From positions 24,139 through 88,138 of IMG/VR virus record IMGVR_UViG_3300044723_001152: a DNA stretch of 64,000 bases; one strand, given 5' to 3'. This DNA is from a virus. Its lineage: Duplodnaviria > Caudoviricetes. The notes under the pieces are model-generated. The model was given only the letters and a program-made list of their open reading frames with translations, searched no databases and was not told where the DNA came from. Each line of letters begins with the position of its first letter. Position 1 is the first letter of the stretch. This document shows positions 26,710-38,073 of this stretch, in pieces. The translations under genes and the position numbers were made by a program.

Positions 26710-29010
26710 TTAATATCTAACTACTACCCTATCGCCAGAAGCAGGTGCCGCGTCTAGTGTGATGGTCGAACCAGAGTATGTGAAATCCTCTGTTGGTTCT
26801 TGCATTACACCGTTAATCGTCACAAAGAACTGGTCAACATCATATCCTGCCGCAACTGAAACCGTAGTCGCACTACCATTTCCATCTAATGTTGCCTTAT
26901 TCGCATAAGAAGCCACTTTAAATGTCTCGTTAGGGAATGTTATCGTTCTATCTGCCGTTGGATCTGTTACTGTTAGAGTTGTTTCAAAAGAGTTATTTGA
27001 AGCACCCTCGAATACGATTGTACCATCTTCCGTGATATTGACACCGTCAAATGTCGAAGCACCTGTAGATGTGAATGAAGTTGCCGTTACAGCGTCATTG
27101 AATGTCGCAGCCCCAGCCGCACTACCATCTATCGTTAAGAAGGTCGTATCTACCCCACCATCTGTTCCTTTGAATATGATATCTGTATCATCACCCTGTG
27201 CGTCTATTGTGATATCACCAGCACTTGTAGTTACATTTACTGCCGCGTCACCAACTGTGAAGTCATCATATGCCAGAGATATACCACCTTGCATATAAGT
27301 CTTAACTGTCTCTACAGTTGTCATCTTCATCGTGCCAGCATCGTTGATTAAGATACCATCACCATCTGCCAGAGCGTCAGTACCTCTAGCGGTATCACCA
27401 TCAATTAAGTTAATCTCTGCTGGTGTAGCCGTAATTTGGTCTGTCGAAGCAACCGCGAATGGTTGTAATGTACCTGCCACGTTTGCGATGTTAACTGTTC
27501 TATCTGCTGTTGGATCAATAACACCTAATGTTGTCTCAAATGAATCCGCAGTAGAACCTTCGAATACGATTGAACCACTGTTGATTAATCCTGTTGCCGT
27601 TACTGTAGATGATGAAGTTATCGCACCAGAACCAATAGTTCCTGCGAAAGTTACGTTGGCACCATCAAATGTTGCCGCCGTAGTCGTGCCAGATTTTACA
27701 ATCAGGTTATTTGAATTGTTTGTTAATGAAGCGAATTGTGAACCACCATCTTGTAATAGTATGTCACCACCGTCAGCGTCAATCTTAATATCTCCTGGTG
27801 CGTCTAACGTTACGTCAGTTGCCCCATTTAAAACAAAGTCTAAGACGGTTGTACCACCCGCCTTCATAGTGATATTATCACCGTCAGCGTCTAGTATAAT
27901 GTCTGTTGTTGCGTCTAATGTTATATCCGCTCCTGAATCAATCTCCGCAATTACTGGAGTTGTCAATGTTTTATTTGTTAGAGTATCAGTTGTATCTCTA
28001 CCAACTAACTGTGTAGTTGCGTTTGGTATAGTTACCGTTCTGTCTGCTGTTGGATCTTCTACCGCAAGAGTTGTCTCAAATGAGTCCGCAGTAGCACCCT
28101 CAAAAGTGAAAGAGTTAGTTACTGAGACAGTTGAGGAATCAATTGTTGTAGTTGAACCAGAAACTGTTAAGTTACCTGCGATGGTAACATTCGCACCTGA
28201 CATTGTGATAGCAGTAGTTGGTGAAGAACCTGATTGGATTCTTAATTCACCACCATTGTTATTCAACGCACCGTATGTGGTGCCGCCATCTTTTAATACA
28301 ACGTCCGCACCGTCAGCGTCTAATACGATATCTGCCCCAGCGTCTAATGTTATAGAGCCAGCGTTGTCGATTTCAGCGATAATTGGTGTCGTTAGTGTCT
28401 TGTTTGTTAATGTGTCTGTTGTTGCTCTACCTACTAATGTGTCAGTAGCATTTGGTAGAGTGAGTGTTCTATCTGCCGTTGGGTCAGTTACAGCGATAGT
28501 TGTTTCGAAACTGTCTGCTGTGTTACCCTCGAATATCAACGGACTTGCGTTAGAGAATATACCTTGAGTTGCCGTTACTGTTGATGAAGATGTAATCGCA
28601 CCAGAACCTACAGTCCCTGCGAAAGTTACATTGGCACCTGAGAAGGTTGCGGCAGTAGTTGTGCCTGACTTGATAATTAAGTTACCAGAACTATTTGTGG
28701 CACTACCAAAAGTTGTACCGCCATCTTTGAAGAATATATCTCCACCGTCAGCGTCTAAAACGATATCCGTAGTTGCGTCAAGTGTGATAGTAGATCCACT
28801 ATCAATCTCAGCAATAACTGGTGTCGTTAAAGTCTTGTTTGTTAAAGTCTGTGCGGCAGCATTGGAAGTAATTTCAAAACCACCAGCAGCGGATCCGTCA
28901 TGGATTCGCAACGTATCTAGTGTGGTATCTACACTAATTTCCCCTACAGCACCCGTAAATGAGTTGTTTTGAGAGGTAGTACCCCTTCTAAATTGTAACG
29001 CTGTTGGCAT
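26710..29010 (-). CDS. repetitive fibre protein (766 aa) with Mtd_N-like N-terminus
   Basis: QFRRGTT...FTGAVGEISVDT...HDG...GG; 4 [12 protein letters not shown] modules; C-terminal V.INGV.QEPTEDFTYSG domain. Confidence 0.75.
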   Translation of the reverse strand: MPTALQFRRGTTSQNNSFTGAVGEISVDTTLDTLRIHDGSAAGGFEITSNAAAQTLTNKTLTTPVIAEIDSGSTITLDATTDIVLDADGGDIFFKDGGTTFGSATNSSGNLIIKSGTTTAATFSGANVTFAGTVGSGAITSSSTVTATQGIFSNASPLIFEGNTADSFETTIAVTDPTADRTLTLPNATDTLVGRATTDTLTNKTLTTPIIAEIDNAGSITLDAGADIVLDADGADVVLKDGGTTYGALNNNGGELRIQSGSSPTTAITMSGANVTIAGNLTVSGSTTTIDSSTVSVTNSFTFEGATADSFETTLAVEDPTADRTVTIPNATTQLVGRDTTDTLTNKTLTTPVIAEIDSGADITLDATTDIILDADGDNITMKAGGTTVLDFVLNGATDVTLDAPGDIKIDADGGDILLQDGGSQFASLTNNSNNLIVKSGTTTAATFDGANVTFAGTIGSGAITSSSTVTATGLINSGSIVFEGSTADSFETTLGVIDPTADRTVNIANVAGTLQPFAVASTDQITATPAEINLIDGDTARGTDALADGDGILINDAGTMKMTTVETVKTYMQGGISLAYDDFTVGDAAVNVTTSAGDITIDAQGDDTDIIFKGTDGGVDTTFLTIDGSAAGAATFNDAVTATSFTSTGASTFDGVNITEDGTIVFEGASNNSFETTLTVTDPTADRTITFPNETFKVASYANKATLDGNGSATTVSVAAGYDVDQFFVTINGVMQEPTEDFTYSGSTITLDAAPASGDRVVVRY

Positions 29011-29037
29011 TGTAATATTCTCCTATTGTTCTTCTTC

Positions 29038-29045
29038 TATTTATA
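29038..29045 (-). promoter_or_regulatory. T4 late promoter TATAAATA
   Basis: Exact consensus upstream of the 766-aa fibre. Confidence 0.75.
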
Positions 29046-29053
29046 ATGTTTTG

Positions 29054-30658
29054 TTATGCGACACTACCTAAATCTACGGACACACTTGAACCTCGTGGAT
29101 CCATCTGGTCATATACTGTACCACTTGCCACGGCAAATGCGTCTGTGACACTTTCAAATGGTGTCTCACTCTGTGCCATATCGAAGTTACCACCTGCGGC
29201 AGGGTGTGTTGTGGTTGTTGAGTTACCAAAAAATACATCAGTTGTTGTCGCAAGTGTACCAGTTGAGTTTGGTAATGTTATCGTTCTATCAGCAGTTGGA
29301 TCTTCTACCGTTAAGGTTGTCTCAAAACTGTCTGCCGTACTACCCTCAAAGATGATATTACCAGTCGTGGTAGCATTACCTGTTATCGATGGTGTCGCAA
29401 GTGTTCCACTGTTTATCGTTGGACTCGTTAGTGTTTTGTTCGTTAATGTCTCTGAACCAGTTAATGAAACAAAACTTTCAGATTGTAACGCACTATTAAA
29501 TTCTGCCAGAGAACCTGTTATTGTGTTGTTTGCCAAGTCTATTGATTTATTCGTTAGTGTGTCTGTTGTTGCCTTACCAACTAATGTATCACTACCAGAA
29601 CTTGGTAGCGTCAATGTGATATCAGCACTTGGATTACCTGGCGCTAGAGTTGTCTCAAAACTATCTCCAGTTGATCCCTCAAATATTAAGTTTGTTGATA
29701 TAGTACCATTGAAGGCTACAGTATCAGTTGCCGCGTCACCTATTGTGATTGTGCCACCGTTAAATGTAGTCGTACCAGTTACTGTTAGGTTACCATCTAC
29801 ACCAACATTACCTGCGGCAGTTATGTTTGCCCCACTAAATGTTAATGCCGTTGTCGTGCCTGATTTGATTATTAGATTACCAGATGTATTTGTTAATGAC
29901 CCGTAAGTTGTACCTGCGTCTTTTAAGAATACATCGCCACCATCAGCGTCTAAAACGATGTCCGTAGTTGCGTCAAGTGTAATCGTAGAACCACTATCTA
30001 TCTCTGCTATGATAGGTGTTGTTAAAGTCTTGTTCGTTAATGTGTCTGTTGTCGCTTTACCTACTAGAGTGTCTGACGCACTACTTGGTAAAGTTAGAGT
30101 TATGTCTGAACTAGGGTTACCTGGTGCCAGAGTTGTCTCAAAACTATCACCAGTCGAACCTTCAAATACTAAGTTACCTGAAATCGTACCATTGAAAGTA
30201 ACAGTATCAGTATTGGCGTCACCAATTATGATATTACCATCACCCTCAGTTGTGCCAGTTACTGTTAAGTTACCTGCGATTGTCGTATTCGCACCAGACA
30301 TGGTTATGTTCGTTGTCGTTGAACTACCACTTGAAATTCTTAACTCGCCAGAGTTATTGACAAATCTACCAAATTCTGTGCCACCATCTTTTAAGATGAT
30401 GTCTGCCCCATCAGCGTCCAGTATGATGTCTGCCGCACTATCTAATGTAATGTCACCAGATGATGTTGAAAATCCATCACCAAATTCTATGGCATTACCT
30501 GCCCCATTTACTCTTAATACTTGACCCGCATTACCTAATGATGATAACCCTGTACCACCATGGATATGACCTACCGTCTCACCTGATTGAAACTCTGCTA
30601 ACCCAGTAGCGTTACCACTACTGTCGAAGACCGTACGAATTGGAACTTTATCTGTCAT
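29054..30658 (-). CDS. repetitive fibre protein (534 aa)
   Basis: GGTGLSSLG.AGQVL fibre motif; 3 FEG modules. Confidence 0.75.
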   Translation of the reverse strand: MTDKVPIRTVFDSSGNATGLAEFQSGETVGHIHGGTGLSSLGNAGQVLRVNGAGNAIEFGDGFSTSSGDITLDSAADIILDADGADIILKDGGTEFGRFVNNSGELRISSGSSTTTNITMSGANTTIAGNLTVTGTTEGDGNIIIGDANTDTVTFNGTISGNLVFEGSTGDSFETTLAPGNPSSDITLTLPSSASDTLVGKATTDTLTNKTLTTPIIAEIDSGSTITLDATTDIVLDADGGDVFLKDAGTTYGSLTNTSGNLIIKSGTTTALTFSGANITAAGNVGVDGNLTVTGTTTFNGGTITIGDAATDTVAFNGTISTNLIFEGSTGDSFETTLAPGNPSADITLTLPSSGSDTLVGKATTDTLTNKSIDLANNTITGSLAEFNSALQSESFVSLTGSETLTNKTLTSPTINSGTLATPSITGNATTTGNIIFEGSTADSFETTLTVEDPTADRTITLPNSTGTLATTTDVFFGNSTTTTHPAAGGNFDMAQSETPFESVTDAFAVASGTVYDQMDPRGSSVSVDLGSVA

Positions 30659-30663
30659 ACTAC

Positions 30664-30671
30664 TATTTATA
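30664..30671 (-). promoter_or_regulatory. T4 late promoter TATAAATA
   Basis: Exact consensus upstream of the 534-aa fibre. Confidence 0.75.
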
Positions 30672-30681
30672 TCCTTTTAGT

Positions 30682-33600
30682 TTAAAACAAGAAGATTGTT
30701 TCTTCCTGTGTCGTTAATGCCGTGCCGTTTGCTTTTGTGAAATTTCTAAACGTATAGTTGTTATTTCCAGATGCCGCAAAGGTAAATGTTGCGTTTGCCG
30801 TACTAAGATTGCCCTTCTTAAAGAAATCAACCTCACGTATCGCCTTACCTGTAGCCTCGTCTGCCTTCGCAATTGCCTGGGTTCCAACCTTAGATCCAAC
30901 AGGTAATGTCGCACCAGAGGCAGATATGGAAATACTACCAGAGGCGTCTGAACTGATTGTCGCACCACCTAGGTCAATCGTACTCGCACTTACGAATAAT
31001 GTCCTCCATCTGAGAGCATCAGAACCAAGGTCGTATGTATCGTTTGCCGCAGGTAGTATGTGACTATTGACCCTTGCGTTGAATACAACGTTGTCTGAAC
31101 TTGCGTCACCTAGTGTTACGTTACCCGTAGTCGCAAGTGTCGTAAATGAACCTGCCGCACCACCACCTGTAACGTCTGTTAAGAATGCCAATGTGCCACT
31201 ACCATCTTGTAGTGTGATTGTCCTATCTGCTGTAGGGTTCGTAACTGTTAAAGTCGTTTCAAAACTGTTCGATGAACTACCCTCGAATACGATACTACTA
31301 TCTGTGAGTGATAGACCAGAGACAAGAGGACTCGTCAATGTCTTGTTCGTCAATGTGTCTGTCGTTGCCTTACCAACTAATGTATCTGTGGCATTTGGTA
31401 GAGTAATAGTTCTATCTGCTGTTGGGTCTGTTACCGCTAAAGTTGTTTCAAAACTATCTGATGTACTTCCCTCAAAGATAATTGTTGGGCTATTGATAGT
31501 TGGACTATTGATAGTTGGACTGGTTAAAACTTTATTGGTTAAAGTTTCTGAACCAGTTAATGAAACGAAACTATCACCTTGTAGTGCCGTGTTAAATTCA
31601 GATAGACTACCAGAAATGGTGTTACTATCTAAATCAATTGACTTATTCGTTAGTGTGTCTGTTGTCGCCTTACCAACTAATGTATCAGAAGCATTTGGTA
31701 ACGTGATTGTCCTATCTGCTGTTGGATCTGTTACCGTCAATGTGGTCTCAAAAGAATCCGCAGTAGAACCCTCAAAGATAATATTACCAGTGGTTGATGT
31801 GTTGCCTGTTATAGTAGGTGTGGCAAGTGTTCCACTATTGATTGTAGGACTTGTTAAAACTTTGTTCGTTAGTGTTTCACTACCAGTCAATGAGACAAAA
31901 CTATCGTCCTGTAATGCTGTGTTAAATTCTGCTAGTGTACCAGAGATAGTATTACCATCTAAATCAATTGACTTATTCGTTAGTGTGTCAGTAGTGGCTT
32001 TACCTACAAGTGTGTCCGTTGCCGTAGGCATTGTGAGTGTCGTAGAACCATTTGGTTTTAATGAAGCGATAACTGGTGTCGTTAATGTCTTATTCGTTAG
32101 TGTGTCAGTTGTTGCTTTGCCAACAAGAGTATCACTTCCACTCGACGGTAATGAAAGCGTAATATCACTTGATGGATTACCTGGTGAAAGCGTTGTTTCA
32201 AAACTGTCGTCAGTAGAGCCTTCGAATACAAGATTACCTGTAATCGTACCAGTCAATGCGATAGTGTCAGTTGCCGCGTTACCAAGTGTTATCGTTGAAC
32301 CTGTCGTTGATGATGTACCAACTACTGTTAGGTTACCTTCTACTTGTACGTTCGCTCCTGACATTGTAAGAGCGGCAGTAGAACTTGAACTTGATTTGAT
32401 TACAAGTTGTCCACTTGAATTACTAAATCGTCCAAACTCCGTGCCATCGTCTTTTAAAATAATGTCCTGTTCACCTGCGTCTAAGATAATATCTGTTGCC
32501 GCGTCTAGTGTGATAGAACTATTACTATCAATCTCAGCAATTACAGGTGTCGTTAAAGTCTTGTTTGTTAATGTATCAGTGGTCGCTTTACCCACTAATG
32601 TGTCCGTAGCATTTGGTAATGATAATGTTCTATCTGCTGTTGGATCTACCGTTGTTAATGTTGTCTCAAAACTATCTGCTGTCGCCCCTTCGAATACAAA
32701 GGCATTCTGAATATTGATTGTCGTACTATCTACTGTGGTTGTGGAACCTTGAACTGTGAGAGTACCCGCAACTGTTAAATCACCTGCGGCAGTTAAATTC
32801 GCACCACTAAATGTTAATGCGGTTGTCGTGCCTGATTTAACAATTAAATTACCAGATGTATTTGTTAGACTACCAAAAGTTGTACCGTCATCTTTTAAGA
32901 AAACGTCACCACCGCCTGCGTCTAATGTGATATCTTGTACAGCGTCTAACTCTATGCCACCAGTACCGTCTATGTGTGCGATGACTGGAGTTGTAAGTTG
33001 TTTGTTCGTTAGTGTCTCACTACCAGTCAATGAGGCAAAACTCTCTGATTGTAAGGCACTATTAAATTCTGCTAGAGAACCAGTGAGTGTGTTGTTGCCT
33101 AAATCTATACTCTTATTTGTGAGTGTATCAGTTGTTGCTTTACCAACTAATGTGTCTGTCGCATTTGGTAATGTAATAGTACGGTCAGCGTCTGGGTCTG
33201 ATACTGTTAGAGTTGTTTCAAAACTATCTGCGGTACTGCCCTCGAAAGTTATCGTGCCACCTAGTGTTAAGTTTGTGATACTTGGACTTGCGTCTAGGTT
33301 AACTGTGATAGCATTGTCTGATACTGCCGTGTTGATGTTCGTGCCACCAGTGAATGTGAGTGTATCATTCGCCAATGCGACACTATCGTTCGAACCACTA
33401 TCCGCGGCAACTGTTAATGCCGTTGTGATAGAAGCCGTACTCGCAGCCGTGACTAAACCTTTAGCGTTTACTGTTACAACTGGTATCGTTGTCGTAGAAC
33501 CAAATGACCCTACGTTACTATTTACTGTTGCGAAAGTTAACACACCACCTGTTGACATTGTAGCGTCACCAGATACCATCGCTGTTACTGGTAATGTACC

Positions 33601-34479
33601 ACCAGTCGTTGGTAATGATACTGTGATATCACTTGATGGGTTACCTGGTGTTAGTGTCGTTTCAAAACTGTCTGCTGTGCCACCCTCGAATACTAAACTA
33701 CCTGTTATCGTACCTGTGAAAGCGACCGTGTCTGTTGCGGCGTCACCTAGTGATATGGAACCACCAGTGAATGTCGTTGTACCTGCCACGGTAAGATTAC
33801 CAGCGATTGTGGTATTCGCACCTGACATGGTGATATTTGTTGTCGATGAACTACCTGAGGCAATTCGTAATTCGCCAGAGTTGTTCGTTAATCTACCAAA
33901 CTCCGTGCCACCATCTTTGAGTATGATGTCCGCACCATCAGCGTCAAGTATGATATCACCACCTGTGTCGAGTGTGAAGTCACCCGCAGCCTGATTTATC
34001 TGTGCGATGGTAGGCGTGTTTAGTGTCTTGTTTGATAATGCCTCTGTGCCAGTCAATGAGACAAAACTATCGTCCTGTAATGCTGTGTTAAATTCTGCTA
34101 ATGTACCTGTTATGGTATTGGCGTCTAGGTCTATGGTCTTGTTTGTGAGTGTGAGTGTCTCTGTTCTTCTACTATCAATATATGCTTTGATACTCTCACC
34201 AGAGTTTATCGAGGTGTCACTTGTCTCACCCGTCATCGTATCACTATCAACAATCGCTGTCGATATGAAGTTACCTCCATCTGACTGTATCTGTAAGAAT
34301 GAACCTCTCGTTGTCTGGTTAATCGTTACGTCCGTTAATGAGGCTATGTTTGAAACTGAGGTTACTGTGCCAGATTCCGCAGGAACTGAAACTGAAACCT
34401 GATTAGGACCAGACGAATTGGTCGATGTAATCTTCGCCTTCTTGGCGTTTGTGCTTGAAACTCTACCCTTTAATGCCAT
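30682..34479 (-). CDS. repetitive fibre protein (1265 aa)
   Basis: 7 FEG modules; [14 protein letters not shown]...W motif near the C-terminus; T/G/D/S rich. Confidence 0.78.
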   Translation of the reverse strand: MALKGRVSSTNAKKAKITSTNSSGPNQVSVSVPAESGTVTSVSNIASLTDVTINQTTRGSFLQIQSDGGNFISTAIVDSDTMTGETSDTSINSGESIKAYIDSRRTETLTLTNKTIDLDANTITGTLAEFNTALQDDSFVSLTGTEALSNKTLNTPTIAQINQAAGDFTLDTGGDIILDADGADIILKDGGTEFGRLTNNSGELRIASGSSSTTNITMSGANTTIAGNLTVAGTTTFTGGSISLGDAATDTVAFTGTITGSLVFEGGTADSFETTLTPGNPSSDITVSLPTTGGTLPVTAMVSGDATMSTGGVLTFATVNSNVGSFGSTTTIPVVTVNAKGLVTAASTASITTALTVAADSGSNDSVALANDTLTFTGGTNINTAVSDNAITVNLDASPSITNLTLGGTITFEGSTADSFETTLTVSDPDADRTITLPNATDTLVGKATTDTLTNKSIDLGNNTLTGSLAEFNSALQSESFASLTGSETLTNKQLTTPVIAHIDGTGGIELDAVQDITLDAGGGDVFLKDDGTTFGSLTNTSGNLIVKSGTTTALTFSGANLTAAGDLTVAGTLTVQGSTTTVDSTTINIQNAFVFEGATADSFETTLTTVDPTADRTLSLPNATDTLVGKATTDTLTNKTLTTPVIAEIDSNSSITLDAATDIILDAGEQDIILKDDGTEFGRFSNSSGQLVIKSSSSSTAALTMSGANVQVEGNLTVVGTSSTTGSTITLGNAATDTIALTGTITGNLVFEGSTDDSFETTLSPGNPSSDITLSLPSSGSDTLVGKATTDTLTNKTLTTPVIASLKPNGSTTLTMPTATDTLVGKATTDTLTNKSIDLDGNTISGTLAEFNTALQDDSFVSLTGSETLTNKVLTSPTINSGTLATPTITGNTSTTGNIIFEGSTADSFETTLTVTDPTADRTITLPNASDTLVGKATTDTLTNKSIDLDSNTISGSLSEFNTALQGDSFVSLTGSETLTNKVLTSPTINSPTINSPTIIFEGSTSDSFETTLAVTDPTADRTITLPNATDTLVGKATTDTLTNKTLTSPLVSGLSLTDSSIVFEGSSSNSFETTLTVTNPTADRTITLQDGSGTLAFLTDVTGGGAAGSFTTLATTGNVTLGDASSDNVVFNARVNSHILPAANDTYDLGSDALRWRTLFVSASTIDLGGATISSDASGSISISASGATLPVGSKVGTQAIAKADEATGKAIREVDFFKKGNLSTANATFTFAASGNNNYTFRNFTKANGTALTTQEETIFLF

Positions 34480-34497
34480 GATACCCCTAGTATCAAC

Positions 34498-34505
34498 TAT
34501 TTATA
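34498..34505 (-). promoter_or_regulatory. T4 late promoter TATAAATA
   Basis: Exact consensus upstream of the 1265-aa fibre. Confidence 0.75.
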
Positions 34506-34509
34506 AGGA

Positions 34510-34851
34510 TTATCTTGTGGCGTTGGGTGAAACTGTGACTATGCCTTGGATAACACGGGTTACTGAACTGTCTGCCGTTTTGGTCAGTTCCACATCATAC
34601 ACATAACGACCTTCATCTAATGTGGCCGTCTGTGTTGGTGTTAGTGATATCGTAATCTCACCAGTAGCCCTATCAGTGGCGAATCCCACAGTAAAGGTGG
34701 CACTCGCACTTGATGAACTGTAAGATTTTCTTATCTGTGACGCACCAGTATAACCTGTCGTATCAAATAGGGAATCATCATCATTGAATACCGTGATGGT
34801 ACTACTGAATGAAGCCCCTTGGTCTATCAGTAAATTTGCGATTGCTGCCAT
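34510..34851 (-). CDS. conserved virion structural protein (Ig/BppU-like, 113 aa)
   Basis: ANLLIDQGASF...QIRKSY...ISLTPTQT...GRYVYDVE...RVIQG...SP; GATAAATA late-promoter variant at 34858-34865. Confidence 0.7.
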   Translation of the reverse strand: MAAIANLLIDQGASFSSTITVFNDDDSLFDTTGYTGASQIRKSYSSSSASATFTVGFATDRATGEITISLTPTQTATLDEGRYVYDVELTKTADSSVTRVIQGIVTVSPNATR

Positions 34852-34856
34852 AAAGA

Positions 34857-35075
34857 CTATTTATCGTCTTTTGGTGCTTCTTCTGGTGTTGTTTCTAAAA
34901 TTTCTTTTGGTATCGTGGTCTCGTAATATTTCAACAGTACATCTATCTTCTCAATCTCTAATTGATGTTTGATTTTCTGTACTTGCATCTGTTGATATTG
35001 TTCCGCATGTAACTTACCCTTAGGTGTTAATGCGTCCATGTTTATATCTTGTGGTTGTTTTGCTTCGTCAGCCAT
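34857..35075 (-). CDS. small hypothetical coiled-coil protein (72 aa; start reassigned to ATG 35075)
   Basis: GGAGA RBS before MADEAKQ; late promoter at 35169-35176. Confidence 0.55.
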   Translation of the reverse strand: MADEAKQPQDINMDALTPKGKLHAEQYQQMQVQKIKHQLEIEKIDVLLKYYETTIPKEILETTPEEAPKDDK

Positions 35076-35077
35076 AA

Positions 35078-35578
35078 CTATCTCCATTCTTTCATCGTGT
35101 TTCTGTTGAATGGATAACTTTTTAGTTTCCATTTCATCGTAATCAACTTGACGTTTGATCCGTTTAAGTATTTATATACCGTCTTACCAGTCATTATGTA
35201 CATGTGGTTAAATTTAACTCGTAAATCCACACCCTGTATGTTGATGTATGTATTATCGTCAGCCTCTATCACATAGAACCCATGTAGTTGCCACTCATCT
35301 TCATTACCCCACTCCGTCTCATGTTCATTATTGTGGACAAAAGTGTTGAATATAAAGTTAGGTCGTTCAGCGGGTACGAATTGTGCCAGGTTCTGGTTTA
35401 TACATTTACCCGCAGCCATAATTACCTGCCCATGAAACCCCGCATAGTCATCACCCATGTTCGTGTTTGACCTAGTTGTCACACTGGCAAATTCTCTTAC
35501 GAGAGATTGTTTCATAACGGCACTCAGGTCCGTCTCAAAAACGTTATCAGTTATTATTTGTAATTTTTCTTCGTCCAT
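35078..35578 (-). CDS. hypothetical protein, possibly a degenerate double-stranded beta-helix (oxygenase-like) fold
   Basis: Last gene of the oxygenase cluster; WQLHGFYVI pattern, but no clear HxD...H triad. Confidence 0.4.
   Translation of the reverse strand: MDEEKLQIITDNVFETDLSAVMKQSLVREFASVTTRSNTNMGDDYAGFHGQVIMAAGKCINQNLAQFVPAERPNFIFNTFVHNNEHETEWGNEDEWQLHGFYVIEADDNTYINIQGVDLRVKFNHMYIMTGKTVYKYLNGSNVKLITMKWKLKSYPFNRNTMKEWR
35169..35176 (-). promoter_or_regulatory. T4 late promoter TATAAATA (internal to the 166-aa ORF)
   Basis: Exact consensus about 95 nt upstream of the 72-aa gene. Confidence 0.55.
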
Positions 35579-36306
35579 ATCTTATTCCTATATATGTCAA
35601 TATAATTAGAGAAGTAATCCCAACCCCACTTGTTCATATGTTTCTCGTATAATTTTGGTTCGTGTTTTACCTCCATCTTCCAATCGTCCCTCTTAAATGG
35701 AAATACCAGAGCGATGGGTGTGCCCTTCTTCACTATCTTAATAGGATTCTTGGTCTCGTCCCAATCTCGTAGGGCAAATGGAAAGTTGACATGATTTAAA
35801 AATTTATCAGTATCAACGATACCTGTGATTATCCTTATGTCTCGTCTCTCCGTGTTGAATGGTGGTGTGAATATACAACTATAACCTGGTGGTGTTTTAA
35901 TTATCCATGGATTCAATAATTTCAATGCCATGGGCATCTCATCAGGATAGAAAGTATCTTCAGCAACCTGTGCTTGTGCGTGACCCTCTATCTTATAATT
36001 CAAATCAGGTGGATTAGGTTTTTGAATGAGGTCCTCTCTACCAGTAGTTCCAGTAATCTTATAGTTACAACTACCATCTTCAAAAGTTTCGTGTGCTTCT
36101 TTAGTGAACGCTAGGTCAGATGGAGCCAGTATGGCATAACCCATTGATACAGCGTCTAATACTGGGACACATTTCCTGATTGTTGGCATGTTCTGATCCT
36201 TATTGATGAGGACATCCAACTTCTTATACCAATCTGGCATGACCTTCTTAACAGGCACTGGGTGTAGAAACCAGTCAGCGTATTTACTTATAAATTCTAT
36301 CTTCAT
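35554..36306 (-). CDS. conserved marine-phage protein of dUTPase-like fold (DUF6065-like)
   Basis: PDWYK, TIRKCVP, MGY, KLLNPWIIKTPPGYSCIF, GIVDTD, NFPF, KKGTPI, PFKRDDW. Confidence 0.65.
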   Translation of the reverse strand: MKIEFISKYADWFLHPVPVKKVMPDWYKKLDVLINKDQNMPTIRKCVPVLDAVSMGYAILAPSDLAFTKEAHETFEDGSCNYKITGTTGREDLIQKPNPPDLNYKIEGHAQAQVAEDTFYPDEMPMALKLLNPWIIKTPPGYSCIFTPPFNTERRDIRIITGIVDTDKFLNHVNFPFALRDWDETKNPIKIVKKGTPIALVFPFKRDDWKMEVKHEPKLYEKHMNKWGWDYFSNYIDIYRNKIWTKKNYK

Positions 36307-36893
36307 TGTTTTTTGAATGCTGGTGGTAGACCAAGTAGTGGTCTGTTGTCAGCCTTTGTTTCAGAGTTCTCTATTGGATTGTAGTGATAGAATACCTGTG
36401 TACATACCTCACCTTCAAACTTTTCTCTCCAGTGTTCTACCTCACAACCTTTGTATACCAGACAATCACCTGGGTTCAAATCGACCTGTTCGCCATCAGC
36501 GAATATTGGCCATGGGTCACCACCTAAATTCATCGTCAGGGAAATCTCACATGATTTCCTATCTGTGTGTCTATCTAACGTGGCACCATTCGTGTATACC
36601 CTACCAAAAGTGTACATCTCAACTAATTTTTTACCAATCACCTGTTCTACCTTAGGTTGTACCATCAACATGTGGCTATCAAACAACGGGTCACCATATA
36701 GAGAATACATGCCAGGGCATTGTGGGTCATTGAATGTTCCGTGTATCATCTCCTCAGGTGGTATATATTGAGCGTCAAATAATTTTGCCGCAACATTTCT
36801 CTTTAGTATGAAATAATTACTGAATACCTTTGCCATATCTCCAGTGATTAACTCATCGATAACCATATACTTCTCTCTATCAAAATCTATCAT
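36303..36893 (-). CDS. 2OG-Fe(II) oxygenase (start reassigned to ATG 36893)
   Basis: RVYTNGATLDRHTDRKSCEIS (HxD), GDCLVYKGCEVEHWRE, QVFYHY; ATGA overlap with the upstream gene. Confidence 0.85.
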   Translation of the reverse strand: MIDFDREKYMVIDELITGDMAKVFSNYFILKRNVAAKLFDAQYIPPEEMIHGTFNDPQCPGMYSLYGDPLFDSHMLMVQPKVEQVIGKKLVEMYTFGRVYTNGATLDRHTDRKSCEISLTMNLGGDPWPIFADGEQVDLNPGDCLVYKGCEVEHWREKFEGEVCTQVFYHYNPIENSETKADNRPLLGLPPAFKKQ

Positions 36894-37513
36894 CGCCATT
36901 CTGGTCCTCTCAGCCAACACACTACAGAATATCTAGTGCCTCTTGTTATGGGTTTAACTCTATGCCAAAAGAAACTAGGGAAGACTACCAACTGCCCTCT
37001 CTCTTTTGAAATCTTTATAATTCGTCTATCTTCTGGTTCATCTGGAGCAATCATTGGATCAATAATCTCTAAATCACCACCATCATATTCTGATGGGTCA
37101 GTTATATTACACACTATCGACACCTTACGTTGTCTCCCTTGAATATCATCGCTCTTCATATCTTCGTGGTCAGGATCAAATTGATCCGTGTGCCACCCAT
37201 AATGTCCATCTGGAGCATTGTATATTGTGAACTGTATGGGTTCTGGTCGAACGGTCTCCCATCCAACATGTTGACATATACCCATCGCACCCTCACATAC
37301 CCACTTTGCTATCCATGCCTCACTACGAAACCATGATACGTTTGATTTTCTTCTCTTATGTAGATCCTCTAGGTATTCCTTATCGTCTGATAGTTTATCA
37401 TCACCAGTCGTGCCTAATGTATTTTGTTTCGTCTTACCATATTCTATAATCTGGTCACATATGTGGTCTGGTATCCTCTTTGGTAGTAGATACACTGGTG
37501 GATTAAAACTCAT
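36890..37513 (-). CDS. 2OG-Fe(II) oxygenase, prolyl-4-hydroxylase/PKHD-type
   Basis: QFTIY...HYGWHTD, RKVSIV, YDGGDLEI, VVFPSFFWHRVKPITRGTRYSVVCW. Confidence 0.9.
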   Translation of the reverse strand: MSFNPPVYLLPKRIPDHICDQIIEYGKTKQNTLGTTGDDKLSDDKEYLEDLHKRRKSNVSWFRSEAWIAKWVCEGAMGICQHVGWETVRPEPIQFTIYNAPDGHYGWHTDQFDPDHEDMKSDDIQGRQRKVSIVCNITDPSEYDGGDLEIIDPMIAPDEPEDRRIIKISKERGQLVVFPSFFWHRVKPITRGTRYSVVCWLRGPEWR

Positions 37514-38037
37514 TTCTCAATACCCATCGACATAATTATCCTTGGTTCCATCGCTATCGCTTTGTGGCACTTCTTAGGTGGTATGTAGATGAAATCACCC
37601 TTACGAATGCTATAATCTTTATCACCAAACACCCTATATATAGTGTGACCGTATAACCCTATTATATACACATGTTCCCAGTCTTGGTGTGAGGCACCAG
37701 ATAGTGCCATGAATGTTAGATGTAAGTGTATATCACTATACTTGTTATCTGGGTTGAAAATTTTATTGAAGACTTTTAGATATGTTTCGAAGAAAAGATC
37801 CTTCTCCACATTCCTTACTTGTAACTGTGTCGATAATATGCCACCAGCGCCATGTGGTCTAAATGCTGGACTCTTAAACTCAGAACCTAGTTCATGTCGT
37901 TCCAGTATTTCCGCTAGAAAATTAAAATCTGTCTCTTGTTTGATTTCTGTAAAGTTTGGTATATATACTACTTCTTTTCCGGCATTGATTTTCACAATCA
38001 AATCCTCCGTTAGAGCCAACTCACTTGTCCATCCCAT
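37510..38037 (-). CDS. JmjC/cupin-like oxygenase
   Basis: SHQDWEHVYII (HxD), GDFIYIPPKKCHKA. Confidence 0.75.
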   Translation of the reverse strand: MGWTSELALTEDLIVKINAGKEVVYIPNFTEIKQETDFNFLAEILERHELGSEFKSPAFRPHGAGGILSTQLQVRNVEKDLFFETYLKVFNKIFNPDNKYSDIHLHLTFMALSGASHQDWEHVYIIGLYGHTIYRVFGDKDYSIRKGDFIYIPPKKCHKAIAMEPRIIMSMGIEK

Positions 38038-38073
38038 ATCATCACCTTTTTAATTATATAGTTAGAAAAAAAA

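Noticed and set aside
26710-29010. Diversity-generating retroelement suggested by the Mtd_N-like N-terminus
   Set aside because: No reverse transcriptase, no Avd gene, and no template/variable repeat pair differing only at adenines was seen in the window.
27032-34402. Long plus-strand ORFs (e.g. 27332-28567, 31067-32710, 32756-33994; also 40096-40851 and 49595-50815)
   Set aside because: Antisense shadows of Thr/Gly/Asp/Ser-rich fibre genes, whose codons rarely give stops on the opposite strand. They have no RBS or promoter and the translations are V/S/P/L-rich mirrors.
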